DNA of 64,000 bases from Bacteroidia bacterium (GCA_038206385.1 JBBRAW010000005.1:4241-68240), one strand, 5' to 3'. Counted from the stretch's first letter, positions 31,186-42,211 are shown. The notes: generated by a model not told the origin, from the letters alone. A program made the numbers and translations.

Positions 31186-31201
31186 TCCTCCACGTGAAAC
31201 A
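31186..31201. promoter_or_regulatory. parS site (14/16 match)
   Basis: TCCTCCACGTGAAACA versus consensus TGTT(T/C)CACGTGAAACA. Confidence 0.65.
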
Positions 31202-31226
31202 TTGCAAGTTTTTTTCCTCCCAACAG

Positions 31227-32117
31227 TTACTTCTTCCTCATTACATACAACAAACTTGAATTCGCATCAATATTTTTTCTTCCTTTTAAAGTTGTTTGTA
31301 ATCCAATAAGCGTTGCTTTTATCGGATTTTTCCAACCACCTTTATATTTCTCACTAAGTAATGAAATGTAAAATGGATCATAAAATAAAGAAGACACAGA
31401 TTCTACCTTAAAACCGTTCATTTCCATCAATTTGCTCATGTCTGCGCGTGTAAAATGATACAGATGACGTGGAACATCATAAGCAGCCCAAAACTCTTTA
31501 TAATGCGCCGCATCGTGGGATTTAGCATTCGGTACTGCGATTATCAGAATCCCCGCAGAACTTAAAATTTTATGGAACTGAGTTATCGTTTCTTGCAGTA
31601 AATGAACATGTTCGAGTACATGCCAAAGGGTAATTACACCGAACTGACCTGTTTCAAACGACTGTAAATCAGAAGGTTGACCGATATTTAATTCATTGTT
31701 AGCAATTGCAAGTTTTCTAGCATCCGGATCTGGCTCCAAGCCGGCCGCAACCCACCCTGCAGCCTTTGCTTTTGCTAAAAACTCTCCTGTTCCGCAGCCA
31801 TAATCTAAAATGGCCTTAGGTAATGGACCAAATGATTCTATTAAGGCCAATTTTTTATCAATCGCACGACGACGAATAGTTTGATAGAGTGAATTAATTA
31901 TCCCTTTTTTAGAATTTGTATGTGAGATGTAAGTCTCTGATTTATAATAATTTCCGATATCATTTACTCCTGGACGAGGATTCGTAAATAAAAAGCCACA
32001 CGTGGAACATCCTTGAACGGAAAACTGCTGATGAGTTACAGTGAAATCGGTACACTCGAAGGCCTTTGATAACTGATTGGAAGAACATATTGGGCAAGTG
32101 GCTAATAATTCAGACAT
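31227..32117 (-). CDS. Class I SAM-dependent methyltransferase with N-terminal Zn-ribbon
   Basis: CPIC...CSTC, ILDYGCGTG, ITLWHVLEH, WAAYDVPRHLYHF. Confidence 0.88.
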   Translation of the reverse strand: MSELLATCPICSSNQLSKAFECTDFTVTHQQFSVQGCSTCGFLFTNPRPGVNDIGNYYKSETYISHTNSKKGIINSLYQTIRRRAIDKKLALIESFGPLPKAILDYGCGTGEFLAKAKAAGWVAAGLEPDPDARKLAIANNELNIGQPSDLQSFETGQFGVITLWHVLEHVHLLQETITQFHKILSSAGILIIAVPNAKSHDAAHYKEFWAAYDVPRHLYHFTRADMSKLMEMNGFKVESVSSLFYDPFYISLLSEKYKGGWKNPIKATLIGLQTTLKGRKNIDANSSLLYVMRKK

Positions 32118-32211
32118 ATAGAAGAGACAATTTTAAGCAAAAATAGAAGGATTTTGGGTTGGTTATGAGGTAGTAATATTGATTATTAATACTTAAGTCG
32201 GCGTATTTGTC

Positions 32212-32227
32212 AGTTCCACGTGAAACA
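32212..32227. promoter_or_regulatory. parS site (15/16 match)
   Basis: AGTTCCACGTGAAACA just downstream of the mnmG stop. Confidence 0.8.
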
Positions 32228-32228
32228 A

Positions 32229-34100
32229 TTATCTCCCTAAATACACCATTAATACTGACAAATCGGAAGGAGTTACACCAGAAATACGAGAAGCCTGACC
32301 AAGTGTTCGAGGTCTGATTTTAGTTAATTTCTGGATAGCTTCAGAAGAAAGTGAATTGATCACAGAGAAATCAAGATTTTCTGTGATGCTTATATATTCC
32401 AAACGATTTACCTTTTCTGCTAACTCAGATTCCTTTTCAATATAACCTTCATATTTAATGTTGATCTCTGCTTGCTCCATAAACTCATTCGTTGCTCCAA
32501 TATCAGAAAGTTTGTTTGCTAGATTAGGGAAGGCTTCTATCATCGATTTTAAGGTAATTTGCGGACGCCCTAACAAATTATGAAATCTCGCTTTCTGTCT
32601 TATATGATCCGTTCCTACGGATTCAAGCCATGGATTTGCCTCTTCTGGAGTTATACTTGCATTTTTCAGTAAATCAATAACTAGTTGATTGCCAACTACT
32701 TTAGCATTTGCTCGCTCCAATCTCTCTTTGCTAGCAAGCCCTATTTCGTATCCAAGTGGAGTTAAACGGATATCCGCATTATCTTGTCGTAATAATGTTC
32801 TAAATTCTGCCCTACTAGTAAACATGCGATACGGTTCATCAGTTCCCTTTGTAATTAGATCATCAATTAAAACTCCAATATAAGCTTCAGATCTACCTAA
32901 AATAACTGGCTTTAAATCATTAATTTTTTGATGCGCATTTATTCCAGCCATCAAACCTTGGCAAGCTGCTTCTTCATATCCAGTGGTTCCGTTGATTTGT
33001 CCGGCGAAATATAAGCCATCAATCAACTTTGTTTCTAACGTATGATTTAATTGAATTGGTGGAAAATAATCGTATTCAATAGCATATCCAGGACGAAACA
33101 TTTTTACGTTTTCAAAACCTTCAATACTTCTCAAAGCCATGTATTGAACATCTTCTGGCAGTGACGAGGAAAATCCATTCAAATATATCTCAACAGTATC
33201 CCATCCTTCAGGTTCTACAAAAAGTTGGTGACGATCACGCTCAGAAAAACGGGTTATTTTATCTTCAATTGATGGACAATAACGTGGGCCGAGTCCTTGA
33301 ATTCTTCCAGTAAACATAGGGGATTGCTCAAAGCCAGTTCTCAATATTTCATGCACCTTTTCATTGGTGTATGCCATAAAACAACTCTTTTGATTCACCA
33401 ATTTAGGCGTATCGGTATAAGAAAACTTGCTAGGGTTTTCATCGCCAAATTGCTCTTCCATTTTACTATAATCAAGCGATCTACCATCTAATCTTGGAGG
33501 TGTACCAGTCTTCATACGACCACTTTCGAAGCCTAATTCAACTAATTGTTCAGTGATACCTGTAGATGCTTTCTCTCCTGATCGTCCTCCACCAAATTGC
33601 TTTTCTCCAATGTGAATAATGCCATTTAAAAAAGTTCCATTAGTGAGTACAACTGCTTTCGCCCTATACGATAATCCCATAGAGGTATTAACACCAGTAA
33701 TCTTACCATTTTTATGGGTTAAGCTGCTTACCATGTCTTGAACAAAGTCGACATTAGGCGTTTGTTCTAGCATCTTCCTCCATTCAGCAGCAAATAGCAT
33801 ACGATCATTTTGAGCTCTAGGGCTCCACATAGCTGGACCTTTTGAACGGTTGAGCATTCGGAACTGTATTGCGCTTCGGTCGCTTACAATGCCTGAATAG
33901 CCTCCTAATGCGTCAATTTCTCGAACTATTTGCCCCTTTGCTATCCCGCCCATTGCAGGATTGCAACTCATTTGTGCAATATTTTGCATGTTCATGGTGA
34001 TTAAAAGCACCTTTGAACCCATATTTGCAGCTGCTGCAGCTGCTTCACAGCCAGCGTGACCAGCACCAACAACGATCACATCGTAATCTGGATATTTCAT
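32229..34100 (-). CDS. mnmG: tRNA uridine-5-carboxymethylaminomethyl(34) synthesis enzyme MnmG (GidA)
   Basis: VIVVGAGHAGCEAA, MSCNPAMGG, GPRYCPSIEDK, AGQINGTTGYEEAA. Start placed at ATG 34100; the MFHVEQ extension is the parS sequence. Confidence 0.97.
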   Translation of the reverse strand: MKYPDYDVIVVGAGHAGCEAAAAAANMGSKVLLITMNMQNIAQMSCNPAMGGIAKGQIVREIDALGGYSGIVSDRSAIQFRMLNRSKGPAMWSPRAQNDRMLFAAEWRKMLEQTPNVDFVQDMVSSLTHKNGKITGVNTSMGLSYRAKAVVLTNGTFLNGIIHIGEKQFGGGRSGEKASTGITEQLVELGFESGRMKTGTPPRLDGRSLDYSKMEEQFGDENPSKFSYTDTPKLVNQKSCFMAYTNEKVHEILRTGFEQSPMFTGRIQGLGPRYCPSIEDKITRFSERDRHQLFVEPEGWDTVEIYLNGFSSSLPEDVQYMALRSIEGFENVKMFRPGYAIEYDYFPPIQLNHTLETKLIDGLYFAGQINGTTGYEEAACQGLMAGINAHQKINDLKPVILGRSEAYIGVLIDDLITKGTDEPYRMFTSRAEFRTLLRQDNADIRLTPLGYEIGLASKERLERANAKVVGNQLVIDLLKNASITPEEANPWLESVGTDHIRQKARFHNLLGRPQITLKSMIEAFPNLANKLSDIGATNEFMEQAEINIKYEGYIEKESELAEKVNRLEYISITENLDFSVINSLSSEAIQKLTKIRPRTLGQASRISGVTPSDLSVLMVYLGR

Positions 34101-34101
34101 T

Positions 34102-34117
34102 TGTTCCACGTGAAACA
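34102..34117. promoter_or_regulatory. parS site (perfect)
   Basis: TGTTCCACGTGAAACA immediately 5' of mnmG. Confidence 0.88.
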
Positions 34118-34318
34118 TATTGTTTTAATAATTGATAAATATACATTAAATATCTGAATATCAACATAATACCCCAATATCTTATCAGGAAAGGACTGTG
34201 TAAAATCAGGTAAAATGGGGCCCGCCATCTTACGTCACGTACAATGAATGATTACAATTGAATAGACATCTCATATAGATGAAATGGAGCTCTTATATAA
34301 TTGTTGTATTAAGTTGAT

Positions 34319-34747
34319 TTATAAAAACTTGCGCAAAGATAAATAGAAATCTTCCTTGTCCGACATAATCCCTTTATCAGAAAGCATTTTATCCTTATAC
34401 CCACAAACATGCAAGAGCCCATGTACGATCACACGATGCAGTTCATTTAAAATTGTAGATTTTTGTGACTTGGCATTATCACGAATTCTATCAATACTGA
34501 TATATAGTTCAGCATTAATAAGTGACGCAACTGTAGATTGGTCAAAAGTGATAATATCAGTATAGGTATCATGCTTTAAAAACTGCATGTTCATTTTATA
34601 GAGATACTCATCAGAACAAATAATTATGTTCAAAGAATCAATCTTATATCCCTCATTTTTAGCAGTAGCAACAAGCCATGAACTTAACTCATTCTTACTC
34701 TTAATCGTATACCGAGTCTTTGTATTAAAAAAATCGATATTCATCAA
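34319..34747 (-). CDS. ybeY: rRNA maturation RNase YbeY
   Basis: HDTYTDIITF, ELYISID, RVIVHGLLHVCGYKD. Confidence 0.93.
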   Translation of the reverse strand: MMNIDFFNTKTRYTIKSKNELSSWLVATAKNEGYKIDSLNIIICSDEYLYKMNMQFLKHDTYTDIITFDQSTVASLINAELYISIDRIRDNAKSQKSTILNELHRVIVHGLLHVCGYKDKMLSDKGIMSDKEDFYLSLRKFL

Positions 34748-34778
34748 CAGAAGAGTTAAGATAATTAGTTATCGCCTA

Positions 34779-35222
34779 TTAACCTTCAATATGGCCAGTG
34801 GTCTTGAAGTAAAGTTCTACCACTTTACCATTATCCGAAAAGATAATTTGATCAGCAAGATGCTTCATTAAAAAGACTCCTCTTCCCGTTGGTTTTTCCA
34901 AATTATCTGGATCGGTTGGATCAGGAATATTTAAGTAATCAAAACCTGCACCTTCATCGCTCACCGTAAAAGAAATTTGATCGGCATCGACCTCGTAAGC
35001 GATATTCACCTTACGATCGGCATCATATTTATTTCCATGCTGAATAGCATTATTAACTGCTTCTGTAACTGCTACAAGCATATTGCCATAGCATTCCTCT
35101 TGGATATTGTAATCTGCTTTAATTTCATCAATTAGCTTTTCCACTAAATTGATACTTTCAGGCTGTGATACAATCTGTAGGTTGAATGTTTGCTTCTCTG
35201 TATTCATCGTGTCAATCTTCAA
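34779..35222 (-). CDS. RsbW-like HATPase_c (anti-sigma / Ser kinase-type ATP-binding protein)
   Basis: AVTEAVNNAIQHGN, VSDEGAGFD, GRGVFLMKHLAD. Confidence 0.88.
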   Translation of the reverse strand: MKIDTMNTEKQTFNLQIVSQPESINLVEKLIDEIKADYNIQEECYGNMLVAVTEAVNNAIQHGNKYDADRKVNIAYEVDADQISFTVSDEGAGFDYLNIPDPTDPDNLEKPTGRGVFLMKHLADQIIFSDNGKVVELYFKTTGHIEG

Positions 35223-38200
35223 TACTTTGGAAGTACGAATTAACTAAGTTTTTATAGAATGTTGTGAAGGATGGCGGGATGGTTTTCAACAACTCCGTTT
35301 CCCTCATTTTTAATCGCTTGTATTCTTCAAATTGAGGTGGAGTTCTCGTTATGTCTTTTGCCTCACTTGACTCTCTACGCTCCTCTTTCTCTCGTTCACG
35401 TTCTGCTTTTTCCGACTCTAACAATCTCGTCAAAATCTCTTGCTGACGGTTCAATGTCATATCAGAAATACGCTTATTCACAATGTCTTTTTCCGTTTCT
35501 TCCATTTGTTGGGCGATTTTATTGAGATCCCCAAGCTTTCCTTGACCGTCTTTGTTGTCGTTTTGATTCATCTGTTGAATCGCATTTCTTAGTGCTCCTT
35601 GCTGTGCCGCAAGTCTTGCTAATTGTTCACTCATCCCTGCACCCTGACCTTCACCTGGTTTTTTACCATTAGGCATTTTACCTTGTTTGTCAAGCTTCTC
35701 TTTCATGTCTTTCAATTGCTGACTCAACTTCTCCTGCATCTTTTTTATATCACCAGCGCTAGGTCCAGGCGAAGGCTTACCTTTCTTACCTGGTTTTTTA
35801 CAAGATCCGCTACCAGGCATATTTGACTCCTGTTGCATCTTATCAAGTGATTCACTTAACATCAAAGCTAAGTTATTTACTGCTGTCATCACAAACTGCT
35901 GGTTAGCACGCGCCTGAGGAACTATTCGATCCTGAAGGTTATCTAATGCCTTTTCCGTATTGTCATTAATATCAGTGATCTGTTCATTTACAGAAGAAGA
36001 AATTTGTGCAACACGTTTACTAAGTGCCAACAGTGAATCTTCTAAAACCTTTGCATCATCCTTAAGCTTACGTTGTACTTGCGCCATTTTTAAATAACGA
36101 GGATTATTAATGTCGACAGTTTTTAAGTCTTCCATTAATGCTTCTTGATCAAACGAAAAATGAATTAAGTTTTCAAGTAATGCTCTTAGTGCCTGTTCAT
36201 CTTCTTCTGCTTGCTCTTCCTTCGCTGATTGTTGTTGCGCTTTCATTTTATCTGAAAGCTCTTTCATCTTTTTAGCAGCACTCTTTTGAGGTTTAGATGC
36301 CTTTCCGCTTTTTCCTTGTTTTAACTCCTCCTTGCTATCTTTCATATCCTTATCGATAGCCTCTTCCTCTTTATCAAAACTCTTAAGATCTTCTGAAAAA
36401 TCCAGTTCTTCATTTTTCTTTTCTATATCATCTAAATCCTTTTTAACATCTTCAAACTCTTTGTTCAATGAATCTTGTTGATCTTTTAACTTATCGGTAT
36501 CGGAATTCTTTTCATCACTTTTATCGGCAAGCTTATCTTGTTTCTTTGAAAGTTCGTCCAAATTATCAGCGGTCTCTTTTAACTTTTTATCCAGTTCCAT
36601 CTGCTTGAAAAGTTCAAGTGTTCGGTCCAGTTGTTTTTCAAGATCCTTGTTGTCGAGCTTCATTTTATCCATCATCTCCTGAAGCTTCTGCTTATCCACT
36701 TCCGCCATCAACTTCTCCATCTCTGCCATCATCTTTTTCATTTCTGGCGACATCAACTTATCGAAGAGCTCCTCCAATTGTCGTTGTTTCTCAGCTATAT
36801 CTGGATCAGTTTTCTTGAACTCGTTTTGTTGCTTGGTATTCTGCTGATTTTGTTTTTTGATGTCTTCAATCTTTTTCTCTAACTCCTTTTGTTCTTTCAA
36901 AACATCACTCATCTTTTTACGATCATCAAAGTCTAAACTCTTTTTATTGAGCAAATCCTTATTGAGGTCATTTAATCTTTTTTGAAGTTCTTTAGCCTTG
37001 TTCATGCTTGCCTCTAAATCATCTTTTAGGGCTTTGTTTTTATCATCTGCATCCTTAGCCAATTCATTTGTTGAAGGAGCCTTAAAAACATTCGATTGTG
37101 AGCGTGCCGACTTCGGTCCTTGAACGCCATCATTATCCCATACTTCAAAATAATATTCTAACTCATCACCAGGTTTAATTTCTAAGGCGCTTAAATCCCA
37201 ATAGTGAAAAAATTGCTCTGATGTAGCATTTCTATTAATGGTAATCGGAGTTGCGAGAGGTTGCTCGTTTACTTCTTGTCCATCGCGTTTAATGAAACGA
37301 TAACGGAACATTAGTTTACTCAAGCCGTAATCATCATGCGCAAGGCCGCGGAAATACATACGTTGGTAAGATGCAGAATCTTGCTGTTGTTCTACCTGAA
37401 TCGTAGGGAATTGATCAGGAATTACGATGATACTGTATTGCATAGAATCTTTCGAATCCATGTATTTATTAGAAGTGCGAATACTGTATTGAGAACCTTG
37501 TAAAAATCGCTTTTGAAACTCATATTTATTTTCTTCCAAATTAGCTAGTGCATACGTTGTATCTGTAAAACGTAATCGCAATGAACTTGTATTTTGTGTA
37601 CCGAAGTTCCATGTGATGCGCGTGCCTGCAGGGATAATTAAGTCGCCGGTATTTTTAAGCTCTTCGTTTTTCTTGCCCAGATAGGAAGGGTAATCTAATT
37701 TGATACTGAAATTAACCAATACTGGATTAGGAACAGCATGTAAAGTGAATTCGGAAGAGCTGTAACCATCAGCCAATAATTTGAACTCTGTATCAGATTG
37801 TACATTTCTAAATGCATAATGGAAATTCACAATATTTTCCTTCTCCAAACGAAATTGATTTTCTCCAATCTGAATAAAAACTTCTTGAGGAATTTCTTTA
37901 CCGCTAAGCTTTACATCAAGCGTAAAATCATCGAACTGTACAACTTGCAATTTTTTATTTCGAATATTAAAATCGAAAGGTGCAGGTTTACTGAATGTAG
38001 TGTTGTGTTGTAATAAACGCTTTGTAGGATCTGTAATTAAGCTGGGTGCTGCAACGAGAACAACAAGAAATATCACGGCAGGAATTGCTGCAAATTTTAA
38101 ATATTTACGATTACTACTTAAGTCGATTGCAGAGGTAAAAGGGATTGGACGAAGCTCTTCGCTTTTCTGGTTGATACTCGCATGAATTAATGAAATCTGA

Positions 38201-38583
38201 TCTTGATTTTGATCAGCTAAATCATGAAGTTGTAACGTATTTAAAAGCTTATCTTTTATGTGCGAAAAATGTTCTCCAATTATATTTGCAGCAGTAGTAT
38301 GGCTAATGACTGGTCCAAGGCGATAAAGTTTTGATAAAGGAATAAATACCAATCGCCAAAGCACAATTGCTGTTGCTGATAGGTAACAATAAAATAAAAT
38401 AGAACGAACAGCGGTATTAAACCAAGCAAAAGATTCGAGGAGTGCTACTGCGAGATAAAATCCTAACAGTAATGTGAAGGCATAAATTCCACCACGAATT
38501 AATTGATTGATATAATATTTCCTGATGAACGCATCGAGCTTAATTAATAGTTCGCGGTAGTTGGAATCGGTTGATTGCATCAT
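35212..38583 (-). CDS. DUF4175-like membrane-anchored long coiled-coil protein
   Basis: N-terminal TM segments, Ig-like middle, K/E/Q-rich coiled coil, ending RQQEILTRLLE..KAERER; usual neighbour of ybeY in Bacteroidota. Confidence 0.78.
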   Translation of the reverse strand: MMQSTDSNYRELLIKLDAFIRKYYINQLIRGGIYAFTLLLGFYLAVALLESFAWFNTAVRSILFYCYLSATAIVLWRLVFIPLSKLYRLGPVISHTTAANIIGEHFSHIKDKLLNTLQLHDLADQNQDQISLIHASINQKSEELRPIPFTSAIDLSSNRKYLKFAAIPAVIFLVVLVAAPSLITDPTKRLLQHNTTFSKPAPFDFNIRNKKLQVVQFDDFTLDVKLSGKEIPQEVFIQIGENQFRLEKENIVNFHYAFRNVQSDTEFKLLADGYSSSEFTLHAVPNPVLVNFSIKLDYPSYLGKKNEELKNTGDLIIPAGTRITWNFGTQNTSSLRLRFTDTTYALANLEENKYEFQKRFLQGSQYSIRTSNKYMDSKDSMQYSIIVIPDQFPTIQVEQQQDSASYQRMYFRGLAHDDYGLSKLMFRYRFIKRDGQEVNEQPLATPITINRNATSEQFFHYWDLSALEIKPGDELEYYFEVWDNDGVQGPKSARSQSNVFKAPSTNELAKDADDKNKALKDDLEASMNKAKELQKRLNDLNKDLLNKKSLDFDDRKKMSDVLKEQKELEKKIEDIKKQNQQNTKQQNEFKKTDPDIAEKQRQLEELFDKLMSPEMKKMMAEMEKLMAEVDKQKLQEMMDKMKLDNKDLEKQLDRTLELFKQMELDKKLKETADNLDELSKKQDKLADKSDEKNSDTDKLKDQQDSLNKEFEDVKKDLDDIEKKNEELDFSEDLKSFDKEEEAIDKDMKDSKEELKQGKSGKASKPQKSAAKKMKELSDKMKAQQQSAKEEQAEEDEQALRALLENLIHFSFDQEALMEDLKTVDINNPRYLKMAQVQRKLKDDAKVLEDSLLALSKRVAQISSSVNEQITDINDNTEKALDNLQDRIVPQARANQQFVMTAVNNLALMLSESLDKMQQESNMPGSGSCKKPGKKGKPSPGPSAGDIKKMQEKLSQQLKDMKEKLDKQGKMPNGKKPGEGQGAGMSEQLARLAAQQGALRNAIQQMNQNDNKDGQGKLGDLNKIAQQMEETEKDIVNKRISDMTLNRQQEILTRLLESEKAEREREKEERRESSEAKDITRTPPQFEEYKRLKMRETELLKTIPPSFTTFYKNLVNSYFQSIED

Positions 38584-38665
38584 AACAAAGTTACGGAGAA
38601 GGATCCGTTAAACAGATAACGGTAATAGTACTATTTTCTTACGTTGAAGGAGGGTAAATGTTAGT

Positions 38666-39580
38666 TTAAATAGCTAATCTTCCAAATACACCTAGTGGTA
38701 GCTGTACTTTTGATGTTGCATCGAGGTAAATCTCACCATATTGGGCTTTATTCATTCGTTTTGGAAAGGCCTCTGCGAGAAGATTACGGATGATCATTGC
38801 TGAGAAGCCAAGTGAATAGGTATTTAGGACGAGAAAAGAATTTTCTGGCTCGAGTAAATCAGCAACTATATGAATCATACCATTGATCATTTCTTCTAGC
38901 TTCCAATTTTCGCCATTTGGGCCGTGACCGAAAGCTGGGGGATCGAGAATGATTCCGTTGTACTTTTTGCCTCGTTTTTGTTCTCTCTTTACAAAGGTTG
39001 TAGCATCTTCCACAAGCCAGCGAATGTCTTTTAAATTCGAGTACTCCATGTTTTCCTTCGACCATGAAACAACTTGCTTGATGGAGTCGAGGTGAATTAC
39101 ATCTGCGCCAGCTGCCTTTGCCGCTAATGATGCGCCACCAGTATAAGCGAATAAGTTGAGAACACGTGGAACAGGAACTTCCTTTTTTATCTCAGTAATC
39201 TGATCATAGATAAAATCCCAGTTAACAGCTTGTTCGGGGAAAATTCCTACATGCTTGAAGGAGGTTAGTCCGAGGCGAAAAACGATTTCTGCATTCGATC
39301 GTCCGCCAACTGCGTATTTTATTTTCCACTGATCAGGCATCTCTTTCTTGAGTTTCACCCAAATGCCTGAAGAACTTGACTTGGATTGAAACTTTACATG
39401 CGCAATCTTATTCCATTCTACTGTTGACATTTTCTTTCGCCAAACAGCTTGGGGCTCAGGACGAATGGTAATATAATTTCCAAATCTTTCCAGTTTTTCG
39501 AAATCACCGCAATCGATTAATTCGTAATCTGTAAATTTTTGAGGAGAGAGAAGTAGCATGTGGCGCGAAGATAAATACAA
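38666..39580 (-). CDS. SAM-dependent methyltransferase (RlmI/RlmK-like)
   Basis: DYELIDCGDFEKLERFG, HVGIFPEQAVNW, VLNLFAYTGGAS, IILDPPAFG. Confidence 0.88.
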   Translation of the reverse strand: MYLSSRHMLLLSPQKFTDYELIDCGDFEKLERFGNYITIRPEPQAVWRKKMSTVEWNKIAHVKFQSKSSSSGIWVKLKKEMPDQWKIKYAVGGRSNAEIVFRLGLTSFKHVGIFPEQAVNWDFIYDQITEIKKEVPVPRVLNLFAYTGGASLAAKAAGADVIHLDSIKQVVSWSKENMEYSNLKDIRWLVEDATTFVKREQKRGKKYNGIILDPPAFGHGPNGENWKLEEMINGMIHIVADLLEPENSFLVLNTYSLGFSAMIIRNLLAEAFPKRMNKAQYGEIYLDATSKVQLPLGVFGRLAI

Positions 39581-39634
39581 TTGGTTGTAGGTGAGATTCG
39601 AATTTGCAATTGAGTTGAATCAATCATCAACATC

Positions 39635-41977
39635 TTACCATCTACTTTTTTTTGATTTACCTTTTGACTTATCTTTCGATTTACCTTTGTGTTTCTTTTC
39701 TGGTTTACTTCCATGATTTGGTTTAAAACTAGATTCTCCAAAATGTTTAAAATTGGAATTGGATGCTCCGCGTGAAAAAGAATCTGGTAAACGACTAGGA
39801 TCATCAATGATAAAGTCGATTTGTTTACGTGCAAGATCAGCAGTCTTTAATTGAACCTTAACACTATCACCTAATTGAAATTTTCGATGATTCTTTCGTC
39901 CGATTAAGCAATAATTTTTTTCATCAAGATCATAAAAATCATCATCAAGATCACGAACACGAATTAAACCTTCGCATTTATTTTCTACTAATTCAACATA
40001 CAAACCCCATTCAGTAACGCCAGAAATTAAGCCATCGAATACTTCACCTTCATGGCCAATCATGTATTGCACTTGTTTGAATTTAATTGATGCACGTTCT
40101 GCTTCAGAAGCGCGAATTTCCATGTCGGTACTGTGCTTGCATTGCGCTTGAATCTCATCCGCTTTAACGGGTTTTCCATTGTGTAAATAATGATCGAGTA
40201 AACGATGCACCATCACATCAGGATAACGCCGAATAGGAGAAGTAAAATGAGTATAGTAATCAAATGCTAATCCGTAGTGACCAATATTATTTGTTGTATA
40301 AATTGCTTTTGCCATGGTGCGAATAGCTAATTGCTCAAGCACATTTTGCTCCTTCGTACCTTTAATTTCTTTCATCAATTTATTTAGAGAATGCGCAATG
40401 TCTTTATCAGATTTTGTATTGATGCTATGTCCGAAACGACCAGCGAAAACAGAGAAGTTAGCAAGTTTTTCAGAGGAAGGTGAATCATGGACGCGATAAA
40501 CGAAAGGATATTCTTTTCCTTTTTCTTGCGCTAATTTCTTTCCAACAAATTCTGCTACGCGACGATTAGCAAGCAACATAAAATCTTCGATGAGCTTGTT
40601 ACTGTCTTTGCTTTCTTTAAGATAAACACCGATAGGCATTCCTATTTCATCGAGCTTGAATTTCACTTCTACCTTATCAAAAGTTATCGCGCCATTTTGA
40701 AAACGTTTTTTACGAAGTAATAGCGCTAATTTTTGAAGTGTTTGGATTTCTTCGAGCATATCGCCTTCACCTGTTTCGATAACAAGTTGTGCTTCTTCAT
40801 AGGAGAATCTACGTTGTGAATGAATCACAGTTCTGCCAAACCATTCGTTGATGATTTCTGCATCTTCGGCAATTTCAAAAACTGCGGAGTAGCATAATTT
40901 ATCTTCACCAGGACGTAAAGAGCAAACCATGTTACTTAATTTTTCTGGCAGCATTGGGATCACACGATCAACGAGGTAAATAGACGTTGCGCGATTAAAT
41001 CCTTCGATGTCGAGCAGTGTTCCGGGCTGAACATAAAAAGATACATCAGCAATATGGATTCCTACTTCATAATTTCCGTTAGGTAATTTCTGAACAGAAA
41101 GTGCATCATCAAAATCTTTTGCATCAACTGGATCAATAGTAAATGTTGGAACCTTTCTAAAATCTCTACGCGATGAAAGTTCTTTCTTCGGAATTTTATA
41201 AGGAATTTCTTCTGCTTCTTTTTCAACATCGGCAGGGAACGAAAGTGGAAAACCATATTCGATAAGAATTGCATCCATCTCAGCATTATTCTCACCAGGA
41301 AAGCCGAGCACTTTTATGATTTCTCCAGAGGGGTTTTTAGCTTCTGGATTCCATTCAATAATTTTTGCAACAGCTTTTGCTCCTTGAGTAGCTCCGTTAA
41401 GTTTATTTAGTGGGATAAAAATATCTACCTTATTACGAGGGTTATCAGAGGTAAGAAATGCGAAGCGATCTGAGATTTGCATAGTACCTACGAACTCCGT
41501 TTTAGCGCGTTCAACAACTTCCACTACTTCACCTTCTGAACGATTACCTTTTTTACGTGCGCTGATGCTAACCTTTACGAGATCGCCATTCATTGCATTT
41601 AACGTATGTGTTTTAGGAATAAAAATATCCTCTTCAAATTCTTCGTTAATCACATAAGCATTTCCGTTGGAAGTGATATCAATTCGTCCATTAATAAAAT
41701 GCTCAGTAGGAAAAAGTCTAAACTTACCACGATCGGTTTCTTCAAGTTCACCAGCGATAGCGAGTTCTTCGATGCAATTGATAGTAAGTTTTCGAAGATG
41801 ATCTTCCTCGAGAGCGGCAAGAAAAACGGCAGCCTCTTCGAAGAAAGGTTCTTGTTGAAATTTCTTAATAATTTGTTTGTAGTTGTATGATTTGTAAGGA
41901 TGCTCTTTAAAAACATCGATGCTGATGCGTTTGATGTCCTTAGAAAAATCGGTGTTGGTTGATTTGTTTTTTTTCAT
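39635..41977 (-). CDS. rnr: Ribonuclease R
   Basis: TIDPVDAKDFDDA, HIADVS, EDFMLLAN, HFTSPIRRYPD, S1 domain, basic tail. Confidence 0.96.
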   Translation of the reverse strand: MKKNKSTNTDFSKDIKRISIDVFKEHPYKSYNYKQIIKKFQQEPFFEEAAVFLAALEEDHLRKLTINCIEELAIAGELEETDRGKFRLFPTEHFINGRIDITSNGNAYVINEEFEEDIFIPKTHTLNAMNGDLVKVSISARKKGNRSEGEVVEVVERAKTEFVGTMQISDRFAFLTSDNPRNKVDIFIPLNKLNGATQGAKAVAKIIEWNPEAKNPSGEIIKVLGFPGENNAEMDAILIEYGFPLSFPADVEKEAEEIPYKIPKKELSSRRDFRKVPTFTIDPVDAKDFDDALSVQKLPNGNYEVGIHIADVSFYVQPGTLLDIEGFNRATSIYLVDRVIPMLPEKLSNMVCSLRPGEDKLCYSAVFEIAEDAEIINEWFGRTVIHSQRRFSYEEAQLVIETGEGDMLEEIQTLQKLALLLRKKRFQNGAITFDKVEVKFKLDEIGMPIGVYLKESKDSNKLIEDFMLLANRRVAEFVGKKLAQEKGKEYPFVYRVHDSPSSEKLANFSVFAGRFGHSINTKSDKDIAHSLNKLMKEIKGTKEQNVLEQLAIRTMAKAIYTTNNIGHYGLAFDYYTHFTSPIRRYPDVMVHRLLDHYLHNGKPVKADEIQAQCKHSTDMEIRASEAERASIKFKQVQYMIGHEGEVFDGLISGVTEWGLYVELVENKCEGLIRVRDLDDDFYDLDEKNYCLIGRKNHRKFQLGDSVKVQLKTADLARKQIDFIIDDPSRLPDSFSRGASNSNFKHFGESSFKPNHGSKPEKKHKGKSKDKSKGKSKKSRW

Positions 41978-42211
41978 TGTGTTATATGACTAAATTAAAA
42001 ACTCGAATGCTGTGGAGGATTACGAGTAAGTTATTGGAAGCTGTCGGGCTTATCTTACGAAAGTAAGGTTAATAAAATATTGAAAAGCAATTTTACGATA
42101 AAGAAATCCTCTGTAAAGTGTTAACAAATGTGCTAGATTTTCAATACTTAATTATTTCTTATTATATTCGAATTAAATTACTTGAAATAATTCTTGTTAA
42201 CACTAATAATT

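Noticed and set aside
34101-34118. MFHVEQ N-terminal extension of MnmG
   Set aside because: It is the translation of the parS palindrome; the homologous protein begins at MKYPDYDVIVVG.
34120-34318. tRNA or structured ncRNA between ybeY and mnmG
   Set aside because: A short GC patch (GGGGCCCGCC) is present, but there is no cloverleaf, T-loop or recognisable riboswitch.
31461-39175. Extra parS-like half matches (ACGTGGAACA near 31467, 32000 and 39163)
   Set aside because: They lie inside coding regions and only one arm matches.
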